Source of the DNA: Eledone cirrhosa
Taxonomy: Eukaryota
Reading direction: 5' to 3'
Assembly: GCA_964016885.1 (NCBI GenBank)
Contig: OZ024740.1
Coordinates: forward strand, 88,598,001-88,662,000
DNA: 64,000 bases
The stretch's first letter is position 1. Each line of letters opens with the position of its first letter. A model generated the notes under the pieces. That model had not been told where the DNA came from. It was given only the letters and a program-made list of their open reading frames with translations, and made no database searches. Shown here piece by piece: positions 28,124 through 43,469 of the stretch. The position numbers and the translations under genes are program-made.

Positions 28124-28200
28124 CGAAGGAAATGTGGTAAGGAACCAGAATTAGCCGTCGAAACGGCTTGAGCTCAGCCGTCGGGGTCCTTTTCGTTCCT
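28122..28200 (+). mobile_element. 80-bp miniature fold-back derivative of the U3:A8-HHR PLE family
   Basis: Has the same two termini as the 1.39-kb element at 38365-39755. Confidence 0.75.
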
Positions 28201-28234
28201 ATATATATATATATATATATACATTCATGTCACT

Positions 28235-28324
<90 letters not shown>

Positions 28325-28476
28325 AGTAGTTATATGTGTTTCTATACAAAATAATTGACTTTACATTCTTCCGTTTATATAACCACCTGCTGAAACTGTA
28401 AGACATTTAGAAATGTTACAGGTAACATTCTGGTGTAATATTGCATAGTACATTTATGACTTATTAGTTTATTATC

Positions 28477-28507
<31 letters not shown>

Positions 28508-28738
28508 TTAGAAACACACAGATACACGCGGACACACACATATACATGAATGCATCCGCACCCAACCGTGAGTTAAGGGTGCCAACTTCACCGATGTTGC
28601 TCAATGAATGACCGGGACAGACCTATCCGGTTGAACTAGACTGAACCAGTATCAGAGTTAAAAATACATTATGGAGAGAGAAGAAACATTTAGATATAAT
28701 TAGTAATGAAATGTATCATACCTAAACTGCTCCTAGAT

Positions 28739-28828
28739 TCCTCGACTACGTAGTTTCGTGGCATAAACAAAGACAATACATCATAAAGATATAGAGTCCT
28801 TGCGAGGTCTGCCGACTTATCAAGAGGA
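28739..28828 (-). ncRNA. Hammerhead ribozyme, U3:A8 core variant
   Basis: RC copy of 29614-29703. Confidence 0.75.
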
Positions 28829-29613
28829 TACCTCATTTTACTAGTCTCAAGAACGCGTCTACACGACGTGAGAAAGAATCCCAAAAGGCGGAGGGGGAGA
28901 TAGTCACGCGATATAACGGTCGAGAAACAGAGCTAAGCCTCTTATAACCCCGAAGAAAATACCACGGAGGCGGAGGGGGTATTTATATCGAAGCCGTAGA
29001 AGAGGTGGTGAAGGAGGCGAGAAGTATGAGTAATGGAAGCTTTCCAGCAGTCCCTACACTTCAAAGATTGCTCGACCAGAGGGAGTTATTAACAATATAT
29101 TTAGAAACACACAGATACACGCGGACACACACATATACATGAATGCATCCGCACCCAACCGTGAGTTAAGGGTGCCAACTTCACCGATGTTGCTCAATAC
29201 TGGTTCAGTCTAGTTCAACCGGATTGGTCTGTCCCAGTCATTCATTGAGCAACATCGGTGAAGTTGGCACCCTTAACTCACGGTTGGGTGCGGATGCATT
29301 CATGTATATGTGTGTGTCCGCGTGTATCTGTGTGTTTCTAAATATATTGTTAATAACTCCCTCTGGTCGAGCAATCTTTGAAGTGTAGGGACTGCTGGAA
29401 AGCTTCCATTACTCATACTTCTCGCCTCCTTCACCACCTCTTCTACGGCTTCGATATAAATACCCCCTCCGCCTCCGTGGTATTTTCTTCGGGGTTATAA
29501 GAGGCTTAGCTCTGTTTCTCGACCGTTATATCGCGTGACTATCTCCCCCTCCGCCTTTTGGGATTCTTTCTCACGTCGTGTAGACGCGTTCTTGAGACTA
29601 GTAAAATGAGGTA

Positions 29614-29703
29614 TCCTCTTGATAAGTCGGCAGACCTCGCAAGGACTCTATATCTTTATGATGTATTGTTTTTGTTTATGCCACGAAACTACGTAGTCGA
29701 GGA
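29614..29703 (+). ncRNA. Hammerhead ribozyme, U3:A8 core variant
   Basis: tcctc TTGATAA gt(c)ggca..tgccac GAAA ctacgtag TC gagga; GUC site, predicted cleavage after 29698. Confidence 0.78.
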
Positions 29704-29769
29704 ATCTAGGAGCAGTTTAGGTATGATACATTTTATTACTAATTATATCTAAATGTTTCTTCTCTCTTC

Positions 29770-29837
<68 letters not shown>

Positions 29838-30091
29838 CATACACCTGTTTTCAAAGTCCGGTAGTTGCGCGGGTGAGATCGTTTTGACGAGAACCAGATC
29901 CAGATGAGCTCGAAATACATCGACGATTGTCCGCTTTGCTTCTGCTGGGCACCGCCTGGTGGCGTTAGCTGCCAGTGTGTTATTAATAGCTATGGCTTTC
30001 TAAATGTTTATATATAAACATACCATATTTCTTTAGAAATACGAAATTCAAATACATATTTGTATACAGCTATGTTCTAAGCTAAATTCTA

Positions 30092-30146
<55 letters not shown>

Positions 30147-30149
<3 letters not shown>

Positions 30150-31340
30150 AACGAGTAGGAACCCGACGGCTGCGCGCAAGCCGCTTCGACGGCTAATTCT
30201 GGACTAAATGAACATTTTTATCCTGGTATATGAATAGCCGAGCTTCTCAGGGGGTAATTCCATATATGGTAAAAGTGATTGTAACAAGGATTGATCAAAA
30301 GTTTGTTGTTGAGACACATAATTCTATCATGGCAATTTGTGGAAGGAAGGGGTAGCTGAACCTGCCAGTAGAAGAAAGAGGGAGAGGGTGTGGAAGAAAC
30401 CCAGTCGTGCCTTGGAAAGTGCCAACTACAGCAGGGCAGGAAGTTAAGCAAGTATACTAGGTGGGGGGGGGGGGGAGTCGAAACAATAAGTAAATCAACA
30501 TGGAGTAAATATATAAAAGAATATCGAGAATGTTAAAAGTATAAAACAAAACAATTTCTGGTTACTATTCCCCAACGACAGTCATCAAGTATCTCACTGG
30601 TACTGCTAAACTATAGAAAAGTTTACTAGGTGGGACGGAATTGTAAAGAGACCATTTTAAGAGTTAGTAGTAATCAACCGAGTATATCTTACGGTGACAG
30701 ATCAACAAGTGGGGGGCCAAAATACTAAAGAAACTACCACGAAATAATAATTCAGAGTCCCGAGACTAATACGAAATAATTGTTTCTACCCTAGGCACAA
30801 GGCCAGCAACCACCCAGTGCAAAAAATAAACTAATACGAAATAATAATTCAGAATCCCGAAAATGAATACTAATACTATCTCTAAGCGTGCCGCTACGAT
30901 ACAAAAATTGAAGTGCAAACCACATAAATGCTCGTACGAAGTACATGAAAAATTTGATACGGAAAATTAATTCAGAACACCCCCCCCCCCCCAAAAAAAA
31001 AAATACTGATATACGAGAAATTAAAGCAAAGATACCACTAAGAAATGTAGAAAGCACGGAAATGGGGCAGCCATCGGATAAGAAAGCAAGTATCCGGGGT
31101 CTATCACATCTGCTATAAAAAAGCGTAGTCGGCCAATTCTGTCATTGAATAGGGGATGGGGTGGGGGTACCGAGGCTACAAAGGACCGAGGGGCTGCCGC
31201 GGGTGGGCGAGAAAGTGAAAAGGACGACGACAAAGAAGGAGGACTGGGGTGGAAGGACTAGGAAGGGATGGGAGGAAGAAAGAAATATAGAGGAAGCGAT
31301 AAAAAGATATAAAAGAACTTACGTCTACCTTTGCAAGCAG

Positions 31341-31342
<2 letters not shown>
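30147..31342 (-). mobile_element. Diverged copy of the PLE 3'UTR/pLTR at 38365-39755, with a mutated HHR (30160-30255)
   Basis: Collinear RC similarity; core reads CTGAGAA and GAAG. Confidence 0.8.
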
Positions 31343-31408
<66 letters not shown>

Positions 31409-31696
31409 AATATATTATAAATAACTGTAACCATAGGTGGTTGTTATAGCTATATTGGAGAATCTCGTAAAAGATTTTTCTGATGCTAGATGAATCTGCT
31501 GAAAAAGAAAAAAACCAAGGAGTTTAATTAAGAAAAGAAGTTGATCAGGAGTAAAATACTAGAATTTAATGGAAGAGGTATCGTGAGAATGGATTGATTA
31601 AAGGTGTTTTAATCTCGATTAATGCATGTTAAAATGGACAGTTATAGAGTAAGGAAACGTCTTTAGTAAACTATAATACATATATATATATGGCAA

Positions 31697-31838
31697 GTAA
31701 GTATGTTTTGAAACAGTGAGCGAGTTTGAAATTAGAAAATATATAGCTTTCACCGTATTTTTGACTAAAGGAATTTTAGCTTGATAACAGGGTTTAGAAC
31801 CCTCAGATAAATGGAAAAAGATGAGTATTGACGTACAC
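31697..31838 (-). mobile_element. Diverged copy of the tail of the tRNA-like fold-back element
   Basis: RC matches 46275-46428 (TGTACGTCAATACTCATC..GGGTTCT..TTTCAAAC.CGCT..GTTTC). Confidence 0.7.
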
Positions 31839-31953
31839 ATATATATATATGTGTGTGTGTGTGTCGTGTGTGTGTATATATATATATATATACTTAGGGT
31901 AAATATTGATGCAATTCAATTCAAGCACTCAATGTCCTTATTCTACATAGGAG

Positions 31954-32302
31954 TGACGGAGTAAATATCGAATAAGGAAAAGCGAAGTAGTTTCATATGT
32001 TCAAGTCTTTTAATAATAATGCTGTGATATATATTTCAATGGCGACAGTGGCCACACTGTTCTGTGCGCCAGTGTCGCGACATCGTCAGACAGCTTGTTA
32101 CATAATAATGCTATGTTTCCGAGGCAATCCAAATTGAATGGAACGGATGAAGTGTGTGCATGGGAACGGACGAAGTGTGTGCTTTTGGGTTCTTCATCCG
32201 TTCCCCTGTGAGTACCAATTCACCCTCACCGGTCTGCGCAGGCGCAGTTCCGAAGGAAGTTGACCATTAGCTACCGCAGATTTCAACGAAATTCGTTTGT
32301 CA
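31954..32302 (-). mobile_element. Possible LTR remnant with adjacent polypurine tract
   Basis: RC: GAGAGGGGGAAC precedes TGAC...GTCA; internal ATTAAA; no TSD seen. Confidence 0.25.
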
Positions 32303-32541
32303 GTTCCCCCTCTCAGCCAAACAATGTCCCATTCTGGCCTGTACTATAGTTTACTGCTACCCATCCCGTCTGTGGCAGTCAGCCGAAAGCCAGTGGGGAT
32401 GGGAGAGTGTTAGTATTTACAGGTCTCAATACTACCTCTCACCAAGCATGGACAGTATAATTGACCACCAACCTCTAAGAGAAAATATGCTTAATTCTAG
32501 GTATTATGGTTTCACATTGGAAGTTATGAGTGAGAGTTGGA

Positions 32542-32572
<31 letters not shown>

Positions 32573-35500
32573 GTTGTTTGAAAGTGAAATAAAAAAAAAC
32601 AGGCAGTAAACACCTCGGTTCTCTGAGTTAGATTAATACTTACACATCTAAAAGATATCGCGTTTTAAAGACAATCTTATGCGAACATACTAAATTTAAA
32701 AATAATTAAACATATCACTGAATTCGGCTTCTACTAGCCTGCTAACCTGAATTCACCACGGAGTTAATGATGCCATAAACCCAGTTGCTGTTTTGGATAT
32801 TTCGTAGTTGATTTTATAAGAATAACATCAGGCGAGAAAACTACTATTTTACAGGTAGTATTTTATTTTAACTCCAGACAAATCCAGTAGAATTATACAT
32901 AGTTCGGTGCTCTACTATTTGAGCTAGACATCTTTCTAATATAGTATATTTTCTGGACGTAATCAGAATATGCGCTATTTTCTATGGGAAACTGAGGAAT
33001 GAATGCCTTCTGAGGAATATAAATTTTATTTAGTCTAATAATACGGGTTTATGGTTAGACCATTTAATCTTCCGAAATGCACAGATCTTTAATCCAAGGC
33101 AATCCACAATTCTTTGTTCTGCTTAATTTTACCAATGAATAGGTACCAACTATTACTTGAAATATTCTTGAAGAACATTACTAGTTCATACTGGGAGAAT
33201 TTCTATTACACTCTAATAACTATACAGAGAAACCTAGGCTTTGTTGCATGTCCCTTGGATCAATCGTTGCAGAAGACATTAACTTTGATTACTCTTATGA
33301 GGAAAATTTAAAAACAATTGTTTCAGTTTTAGATTACCTTCAATACTATCTAAATTGATGTCACGAGAGAAGTTTGTGCTGTACACAGATATGACAGCTA
33401 ACGTAGTTGATTTTATAACAATAACATCAGTTTCAACATTCTGCATCTATCAATCAATGATGAAACGAAGTTTGAAAAGAATTCCACGCAAGACAAAGAA
33501 AATTAATTCTAAATTAGTCACGAATAAAAATTTCCGTTTTAAAGAAAACGAACTTTCTTGTTGTTATATCAAACAAAGAAAGATTTTAGTTTGTAATCTT
33601 ACAGCCGATGTTGATGAAATATTTCAATTAACGGAAAAAATCATTATAAATGATAAAATACATTACAGAAGATAATAACGATAAGGCAACGTCAGATGAT
33701 ATAAATCGTATGTCATACATAACATCTGTTATTTTCATGGCAATTTTCTTTGACAAATTGGAATTAGATTTCAATTAGTGGTCACTCATTAAATGAAATA
33801 AATGGCAGAGAATAAATTAGTTAGAAATCCATTGGGAATAACAATATTGCAATTATATTTTCACTGAAATGTAGTATGTTATTAGAAACATATTTCTGGG
33901 GTGTACCGTTGATTTGTTAAGATTTATATAACCTGTTGTTCTTTTGTATAGGGTCAAAATGCACACAATAAGTTTTGAAATCCAAGGCTACCAAGTCATT
34001 TGCTTTTGGATGGAATATTATTGTGTATTCGATGCGTCATGTTCGAGCTATAACCCAGTAAACGTTTATGTTATATCTATATCAATTTTGTTACATGTTC
34101 TCTTCTTATGTTATTTTATTTCTAAATATCATACAGAACACGAGTATTAAACAGTTTATCTTCTTACTCTATCTTGGCGGTGCCGAGAGACGCAACATCC
34201 AATACATCCTGAAGATTAATATGAAAAGAACGTGACATATCACGTATGCGTATATTATACTATTCATGCGGGGAAAGAACATGGCGAAATAAATAATACA
34301 AAATATACGTATCTCATCCATTATGCAAATGTGTAAGACAAAAATAAGTCGATATCTACAAAACTATATTTACCTGATAGAAATTTACACACAAGAGCCT
34401 ATCTACCTAAATTACGACATTTATTATATCTGAAACTACTTTACAAACTATTACAGAAGCCTATTTTCTTATAAATGTAAGCATAAATGTTCTTTTCTCC
34501 TAGCTTTTATTTGTTGATGGCTTTCATGAAGTCATTTCGATATGATGAAACAACTCTCAATAATCGCTTGAAATTCCAGATATTCATTTTGACCATGTAT
34601 CTAATAATAGTTCATAATATACGTATTTGTTGATGGATAACATTTGTAATTTGTACATAAAATGTACAATATGTTGTGTTAAAGCGAGATTGACTGTAAA
34701 AAAGATATAGCTTTCGATCATAAGAAATGAATATGAATTAGAAAATATTTGCTAATATATAGTTAGATCTTCAGTAAAATTAAATAAAACGCTAGACCCT
34801 CTGCACTTTAATCATTGAATCCAATTATTTATTTTCTTAATGTTTTAAGGATTTTCATCAACACATGTCTATCACATTTCTTTTTTCATACGGCGTGTGA
34901 ATCTATGAAAATCATAGCAAATCTTTTATCTGTTTTAAACATTTCAGAGATCAAATCCCATCAAACATTCTCCATCTGTTAATCGATGTTTGCATTTACC
35001 AATTGTATAATACATTTGATTACAGTATCTATCTTGCTCAAGCAGTTATAGATTACAGTGTGTTGTGCCTCTCAAAGAGATAATCGATAATCTAACTCGT
35101 ACAAATAGAGAGAGGGAGACATGTCTATGCAGTGACGTCTTATGTACAGCGAATCATACACGGCCAGCATAGGGTAAAATTGCCAACGAGGCTTCAGTTA
35201 TGATAAAAATGTTTGAAGATAAGGAATTCGCATCATGGCAACAACTCATTTGTGTAATACAATGATTATCAATTGGTCCTCAACGATTAACAGTTATTAT
35301 TCGACTATTTATTGTTCTGTTTTAAGAACATCTATGTTAAATGACTTCTAAAATTAACTAAAGTTATCTCCAAATCATCGGTAATTTCAATCCAGGCAAC
35401 TGATTGTAATTCACACACAATTGATATACCAATACAAACTTCTTTTATTAATTCTAAAACTTTTAACCCGATCTTTACTTAATCATTTTCCATTTTCCAA

Positions 35501-38231
35501 TAACAATGCAATCCTTTTCGCTGAACTCATCACAATATTGAAATTTCACGCTCTGTTCCCAGCTCTCCATCAGTTTTATGCTAACTACTCTGTTACGCAC
35601 AGCCAGACGAAATAATCTTGTTATGCATCAACCGGATAAAAATCCGATGGATTATTCTCTCTCTTGTTAGATGATAAAACCAGGGTTGCTCTACACAAAT
35701 CCCGATGAATTTTATTTCAATCTGAAACTTGCACACAACAACCTATTATTGAGTCAGCGAGCGAGCGTTAACATAGTAATCTGGCATTCTCTATATATCT
35801 TAGTTAAATCTCCCCCTGCACCAATATACAATTTACAGTCTGAAAAAATTCACATCCCGAAAAATCTAATCAGATATATCATTGATAGCACGTCTTTGAT
35901 CAAAGATTTGTGCAACTAAGGCTGACCTTGTGCTAACCGCAAAAACGATACCAAATAGGTAACAAAGACGTTTCTAGACGTTCACCCAATCTGTAGTAAA
36001 TCTCCAGTCAAATTATTCTCAAATACTATTAAAAAAGTTAAATATACAGTAAATGCCAATACTAGATATATTATGTTAGAAAACTGAACAGATGTTCGCG
36101 GCTCGAATACAGAATGAACGATATATTCACGAAATATTCAGAAATATTTCTCTGAAAACGGGTGGACATTTTCAGTTACTATAATGAAAATCTCATTAAC
36201 ACCATAATTAGGTAAGAACTCAATGCACACAACACCTGCTATTCAAAATGAAACTCTACTTAGATCTTAAACAAGCCACATTAACACAAAATCATACCTC
36301 CGTAATCCAACTAGAAAAAATCGTTTTCAGATACAATCCTGAAAATAAAATCAGCAGCTCATAGTATATTGTTTGTTAGTTGGACTCATAATCTTTATAT
36401 TAATTATTCAATCCTTCTCCCTTAGTCATCGTTTCTTTTCATCAATCTCACTTCTGCTTTAAACACATTCTTCAATTATTCGTTCTTCAACTTGAAACAC
36501 AGTAAAATGTTATCTCTACTGATTATTTTCACACAGACTTCAATCTACAGATTTTAGACTGGAAGAACAATTGCAGCAATCTTATCTATTTGGAAAGACT
36601 TGAAAATTACATGAGCACTGCCTTTCCATTCTCAGACAATTAATACAATGAAAGAATAAAGAGTTAGTGAATGTAAAGATAAAGTTGTTGGCACACTATA
36701 TCTTTCATACAGATGCAGCTGCTTCATTTGGAATGTTAATACGTTCAAAAATGCAATGGACTGATTAACAAAAGTTTATATAAGAAAGATTAGTCGAAAT
36801 GATTACATCTGTAAATATTTTTAACAACACAGTGACCATTATTTTGAGCACTTCTACGATCCAACACTGTATTTCACTTTATCTTTTCTTAGTCAATCTG
36901 CTCCCTAAAACACAGGAAAGAAATGCATTAGATGACAAAATATTTATAGCGAGAGATGTAATACACATCGTCTTAGGTGTATATTAATTTACATGACGTG
37001 CAGGTGCATTCTAGGTGATACAAGTTTGTGATTTTGCCTACGCATACAATATAAATGTAGTTTATGCGATCAACTGTTGGAGCTAAAGCGAATCAAATGT
37101 TTAAAACAATATATCTTTAGCAAGTCTTTGATATAACTTTCAACTATATATACTCAAACATAGACGTTTCTGCCGTGCTCATTTCTTCTACCACAATAAC
37201 GGCTGATTGTTAAATTAATGTCGATTTTGGCTTGTATTGCTTTGAAACCTATTCACGAGAAGACAAATCTCAGAGAAAAGGCATTCACCGTCAAACCAAT
37301 TTTTCATCACGTTACTTGTGGATCAATGGAAGAAGCGTTTCACTGATATACATGTCAACGAGGAACTTTTTGCATGAAGTTTTGCTTGATAGATAATCTC
37401 AACTTTTTATCATCATGTATGTGCATGATGTATGCGCATATGCCAGTGTTTAACACGAAAACATCTATATAAAGTTCTAAGTGATATCAATGTTTGCTAA
37501 CTCGAACTACCGTTTCCATAGTAGCGGGTGAGCTAGATTATACTCGCATTGACTGGATTCATAACTAATACTTCACGTACTGCTTATTTGATGTTGTCTA
37601 GCTTTACATCAGCTATGATCAAAGATGCCTATAATCCAAAGCACTCCATGACCATCCATACTTTTTCAAACATTATATATATAGGAGTATAATAGTTTTC
37701 CTTCATTTTTAGGATGGTAATGTGTGGTTTGAAGGAGATATGCGTGCTATTTCTTACATATCAAGGGAGTGCATAGATGTTTCGCTTCGTATCACGATCT
37801 CGAGTTTTGTTATGTTCACATTCTTTCCATTGGTATTTGTCGATAAATAAACTTTCTAATATAGAGAAGAGCTTCCCAAATTTATTTTGTTGCTTATACA
37901 TTTTAACAGTATATAAATTATATACTATACACATAAATACAGAGAAAGTTAGAGAGAGAGTCATAGGTTCAATCGGGGCTAAGCACAGTTTATAAGGCAC
38001 TCAATACATTAGTAAAGTGTAAACATTATGTTTAATGTAGAAATTACTTCTACAGGCCTAGAACTGTTTCACTCAAAATAAATCATCAGAAGGATTTCTT
38101 TTGAAAGAGATGTAGACGTATAAGGGTCTCCTGTACTAGACTGGTACTTTTTTAACGACCTCGAATGGATGAAAACAAAGTAGACCTACCGCAAAACATT
38201 CATTCCGGCGTTCTGTTGACTCACCCATTTG

Positions 38232-39755
<1,524 letters not shown>

Positions 39756-39833
39756 TATAATATATATATATATATATATATATGCATGTATATGAAACGG
39801 CTTGAGTTCTCCCGTCGAGGTCGTGACTCTTTT

Positions 39834-39891
<58 letters not shown>

Positions 39892-40122
39892 CTATAGAAA
39901 TGGGTTCTACAGGACTAGAACTGTTTCATTAGGGAGAAATGATCAGTAATATGGTGGTTTTTATACCTTTTCTGGCGGTAGGAGAGGGTGGTAATTGGGA
40001 TAGGTGGAGGTCGCTGGTTGATGGATTAAAAAAAAAATGAATTCTTTAAAAACTATATTTAGAGTAACAAAGGCAGAATAATTCAAGCTAAGCGTCTGTA
40101 GACAGGTTCACACTGGGATAAA

Positions 40123-40200
<78 letters not shown>

Positions 40201-41329
40201 TATATAGATATATTTATATTTATATATATTCCTTTCCTTTAACCTTGGGATTTCTCGGATCCCAAACTGGGGAAATCTATTTTAATACATGGCTTTGAGG
40301 TAGTCAGCTAGTAGATGCAATAGCTATACAACCTTCACGATGTACTATACAGAATTTTGTACACACAATTCGGGTGAGATTTGAACACGATGAACCATGA
40401 ACCACCGGACGGAAAAGAGTGTGTTATCTACACTTTGTAAAGACTATATCAAACGAGAGAAAAGCTCATACTTACGTGATATTCAGTGCAGTTTCAATAT
40501 CCCCTTAAATCAATTACGTTTAAGAGTGTAAAAAATGCCTTTTTCTACGGTATACATAATATAACATGCAATTTACCCTTCCTAGATATAATAGAAATTT
40601 TTACTAAGTAAAATAAAAAGCAGAAAGAAATTAACTAAGCTGTTATTTTTTCCTCATGGTAAGGTATCTTATTGACAGAAGTTGAAATAAGAAATTTTCA
40701 AATTCTGAGGCATTTATTTTTTGAGCGTGATCAACCATCTTGAGATTTTATAGATGGCTGAAATTGTATTAAATGCTTCCAGTCAGAATTGAAAGGAAAA
40801 AAAATCAAATCAAAACACCATCAAATATGCTAAGAGAAATAATATTAGACGATGAATAATAGTATTCTTATTTAGATGCAGGAGCGAATAACTTGCGTTT
40901 AGTTTAATACAGAAAACAATAAAATAAATCAGCTGTCTACAAATTCACGTTGAGATCCTTTTCACACGTTTAAAAACAGTTTACTAAATAAGAAAATCAT
41001 ACCCCCCCCCCAAATAAAAAACATAGCAAGCACTAAAAGCAAAAGCAACAATGCACTTTAAACCACTCACACTGATTACATAGTTTTTGTAGCAGTCTCT
41101 CTATTTTTTATCATCGTAATTACCATAACACCTTATCATCACGAGTATCGTATCATGATCATCTTTATCATGATCCTTATGATAAGAATGATTGCCAACG
41201 TCATTCCTATAACGGACATAGATTTAGTATTAATAATACTTGAAACATTTGTTAAAGAATAAAACTATGTTATTAAACTCATTGTTTTGCATTCAAATCT
41301 CTTCAAATTATCATTATTATTACCATTAT

Positions 41330-41343
41330 TATTAGTAGTAGTG

Positions 41344-41421
<78 letters not shown>

Positions 41422-41422
41422 A

Positions 41423-41470
<48 letters not shown>

Positions 41471-41482
41471 CAGCAGTAGTAA
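41330..41482. repeat. (TAG)n microsatellite
   Basis: About 50 GTA units. Confidence 0.95.
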
Positions 41483-42205
41483 CATTAGCATTTATAGTGG
41501 TAATAATAGTATTGGTAGATGACATTCAAACTATTTGTTGATATGATATAATACATCTTACATATATATATCAGTTATTTGTTTACACATATATTTCTGC
41601 TAGGTTACGAAAGACAGTGAAGAAAATGAATGCACCTTTTAGACGAAGATAATACGTCAACTCGAATAAGAACAATACGTAGGTAGCAAGCCGTGTACAC
41701 ATTTCAGTATTCATGAATCATTTGCATGAATGCAGACGTCTCAGATAGGTTTAAGAAAGAAAAAAAAATGTTATTTCATTTTGCCAAGGCAGAAAATGTT
41801 CTAAAATTTTAGTGGGAGTAGACCGGTTTAATGCAATGCTGTGATGTTATTGACAGTGACACAAGTGATGTAAGTCAAAAACAATGATGACGAAAGAAGC
41901 TTTGATTCAATCTACATACACTCAAACAGACACACACACACACCCACACACACACACCCAAACACCCACACCCACACCGACACCTACACCAACACCCACA
42001 CCTACATATATATATATATATATATATACTTGTGACTGTGTGTTGTGTAATGATGGGTGGTGGTGTGATTGTGCGTTTACAGCCGAAAATCTGAAGTCAA
42101 TATTAACTTATGCTTACACATATACACATACGCACACCACACAGATAAAAACTCAAATGCGTGCGCTCACACACAAATGCTTACACACAAACACACGCAT
42201 CTATG

Positions 42206-42238
<33 letters not shown>

Positions 42239-42964
42239 CGAGAGGGAGAGAGATAAATAGATACACACACGCACACACACTCACACACACATACACAAGT
42301 TTTATAAAAATTGACTCCAGTACATGGCTTGCATTTTATTCACAGCTCTCAGGTACATGAGAAACAAAATCAACCGCAAAAAACAAACAAGGATATCTAA
42401 AACCAGGATATAATTGAACAGAAAAATAATATTCGTATTTCATTATAGGGATTCTGTAAGCTTGGCGCAATAAGATGCTGAATTACCTTATACGAAGGCT
42501 TCGCATTTGATGAAAAAGGAATAGGATATATTGTAGTAGCATTCGCTCTGATGGAATAAGTGATATAAAATTGCTTCAAATGCATACGAAAACTCTCTCA
42601 AGTAAATAAACTCAGTGAGATCGCATCTCTTAAATATTTATACATATAACCACGTCTACGTTGCATTCATCATACATACATGAATGAATACAACAAACTG
42701 TTTGCGAAATAAAAGTTGATGTATTTCGAAAAATAAATAAAACTAGTTTTACGACAAACAAGAGTGGCGAGTTATTTTTCGAATTCGTTTATCAAGATTA
42801 TTGATATTTATCAAATTAAAGACGTTATAAGAAAAATAAAAATTGATGAAATTGTGATCAAATTATGGTTACCGCTACAACAGATATTCTATATGAAGCG
42901 CATTCAGAATGGACACAAACTTAAGTATCTATTTCTCTCCCTCTCTCTCTCTCCGTATACCCCA

Positions 42965-43302
<338 letters not shown>

Positions 43303-43469
43303 ATATATATATATATATATTTGTTTTGCAAGGTTTTTGATATGAAATCGTGTGTCGAAACAAATATTGTTATGCTTGGGGAGGATTATATTGTTATAAT
43401 ATTGCCAGAAATAATAACAGAACACATTCACTGTTTGGTTGGTTTTTCACTTCTGTATCTTTTCTATCT

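Larger units (their letters stand above)
28501..29770. mobile_element. Non-coding retrozyme-like element: 593-nt unit present as a head-to-head inverted pair
   Basis: Direct repeat at 28501 and 29094; inversion junction at ~29198; 29198-29770 is the RC of the unit; an HHR in each arm; (TA)n flanks. Confidence 0.85.

Noticed and set aside
29895-29930. HHR-like CAGATGAGCTCGAAA
   Set aside because: Helices I and III do not form, and there is no real helix II.
32600-38100. Short ORFs in the repeat-poor AT-rich stretch
   Set aside because: No recognisable motifs or exon structure; treated as intergenic or intronic.
41265-41541. Poly-T/V/L ORFs
   Set aside because: (TAG)n microsatellite.
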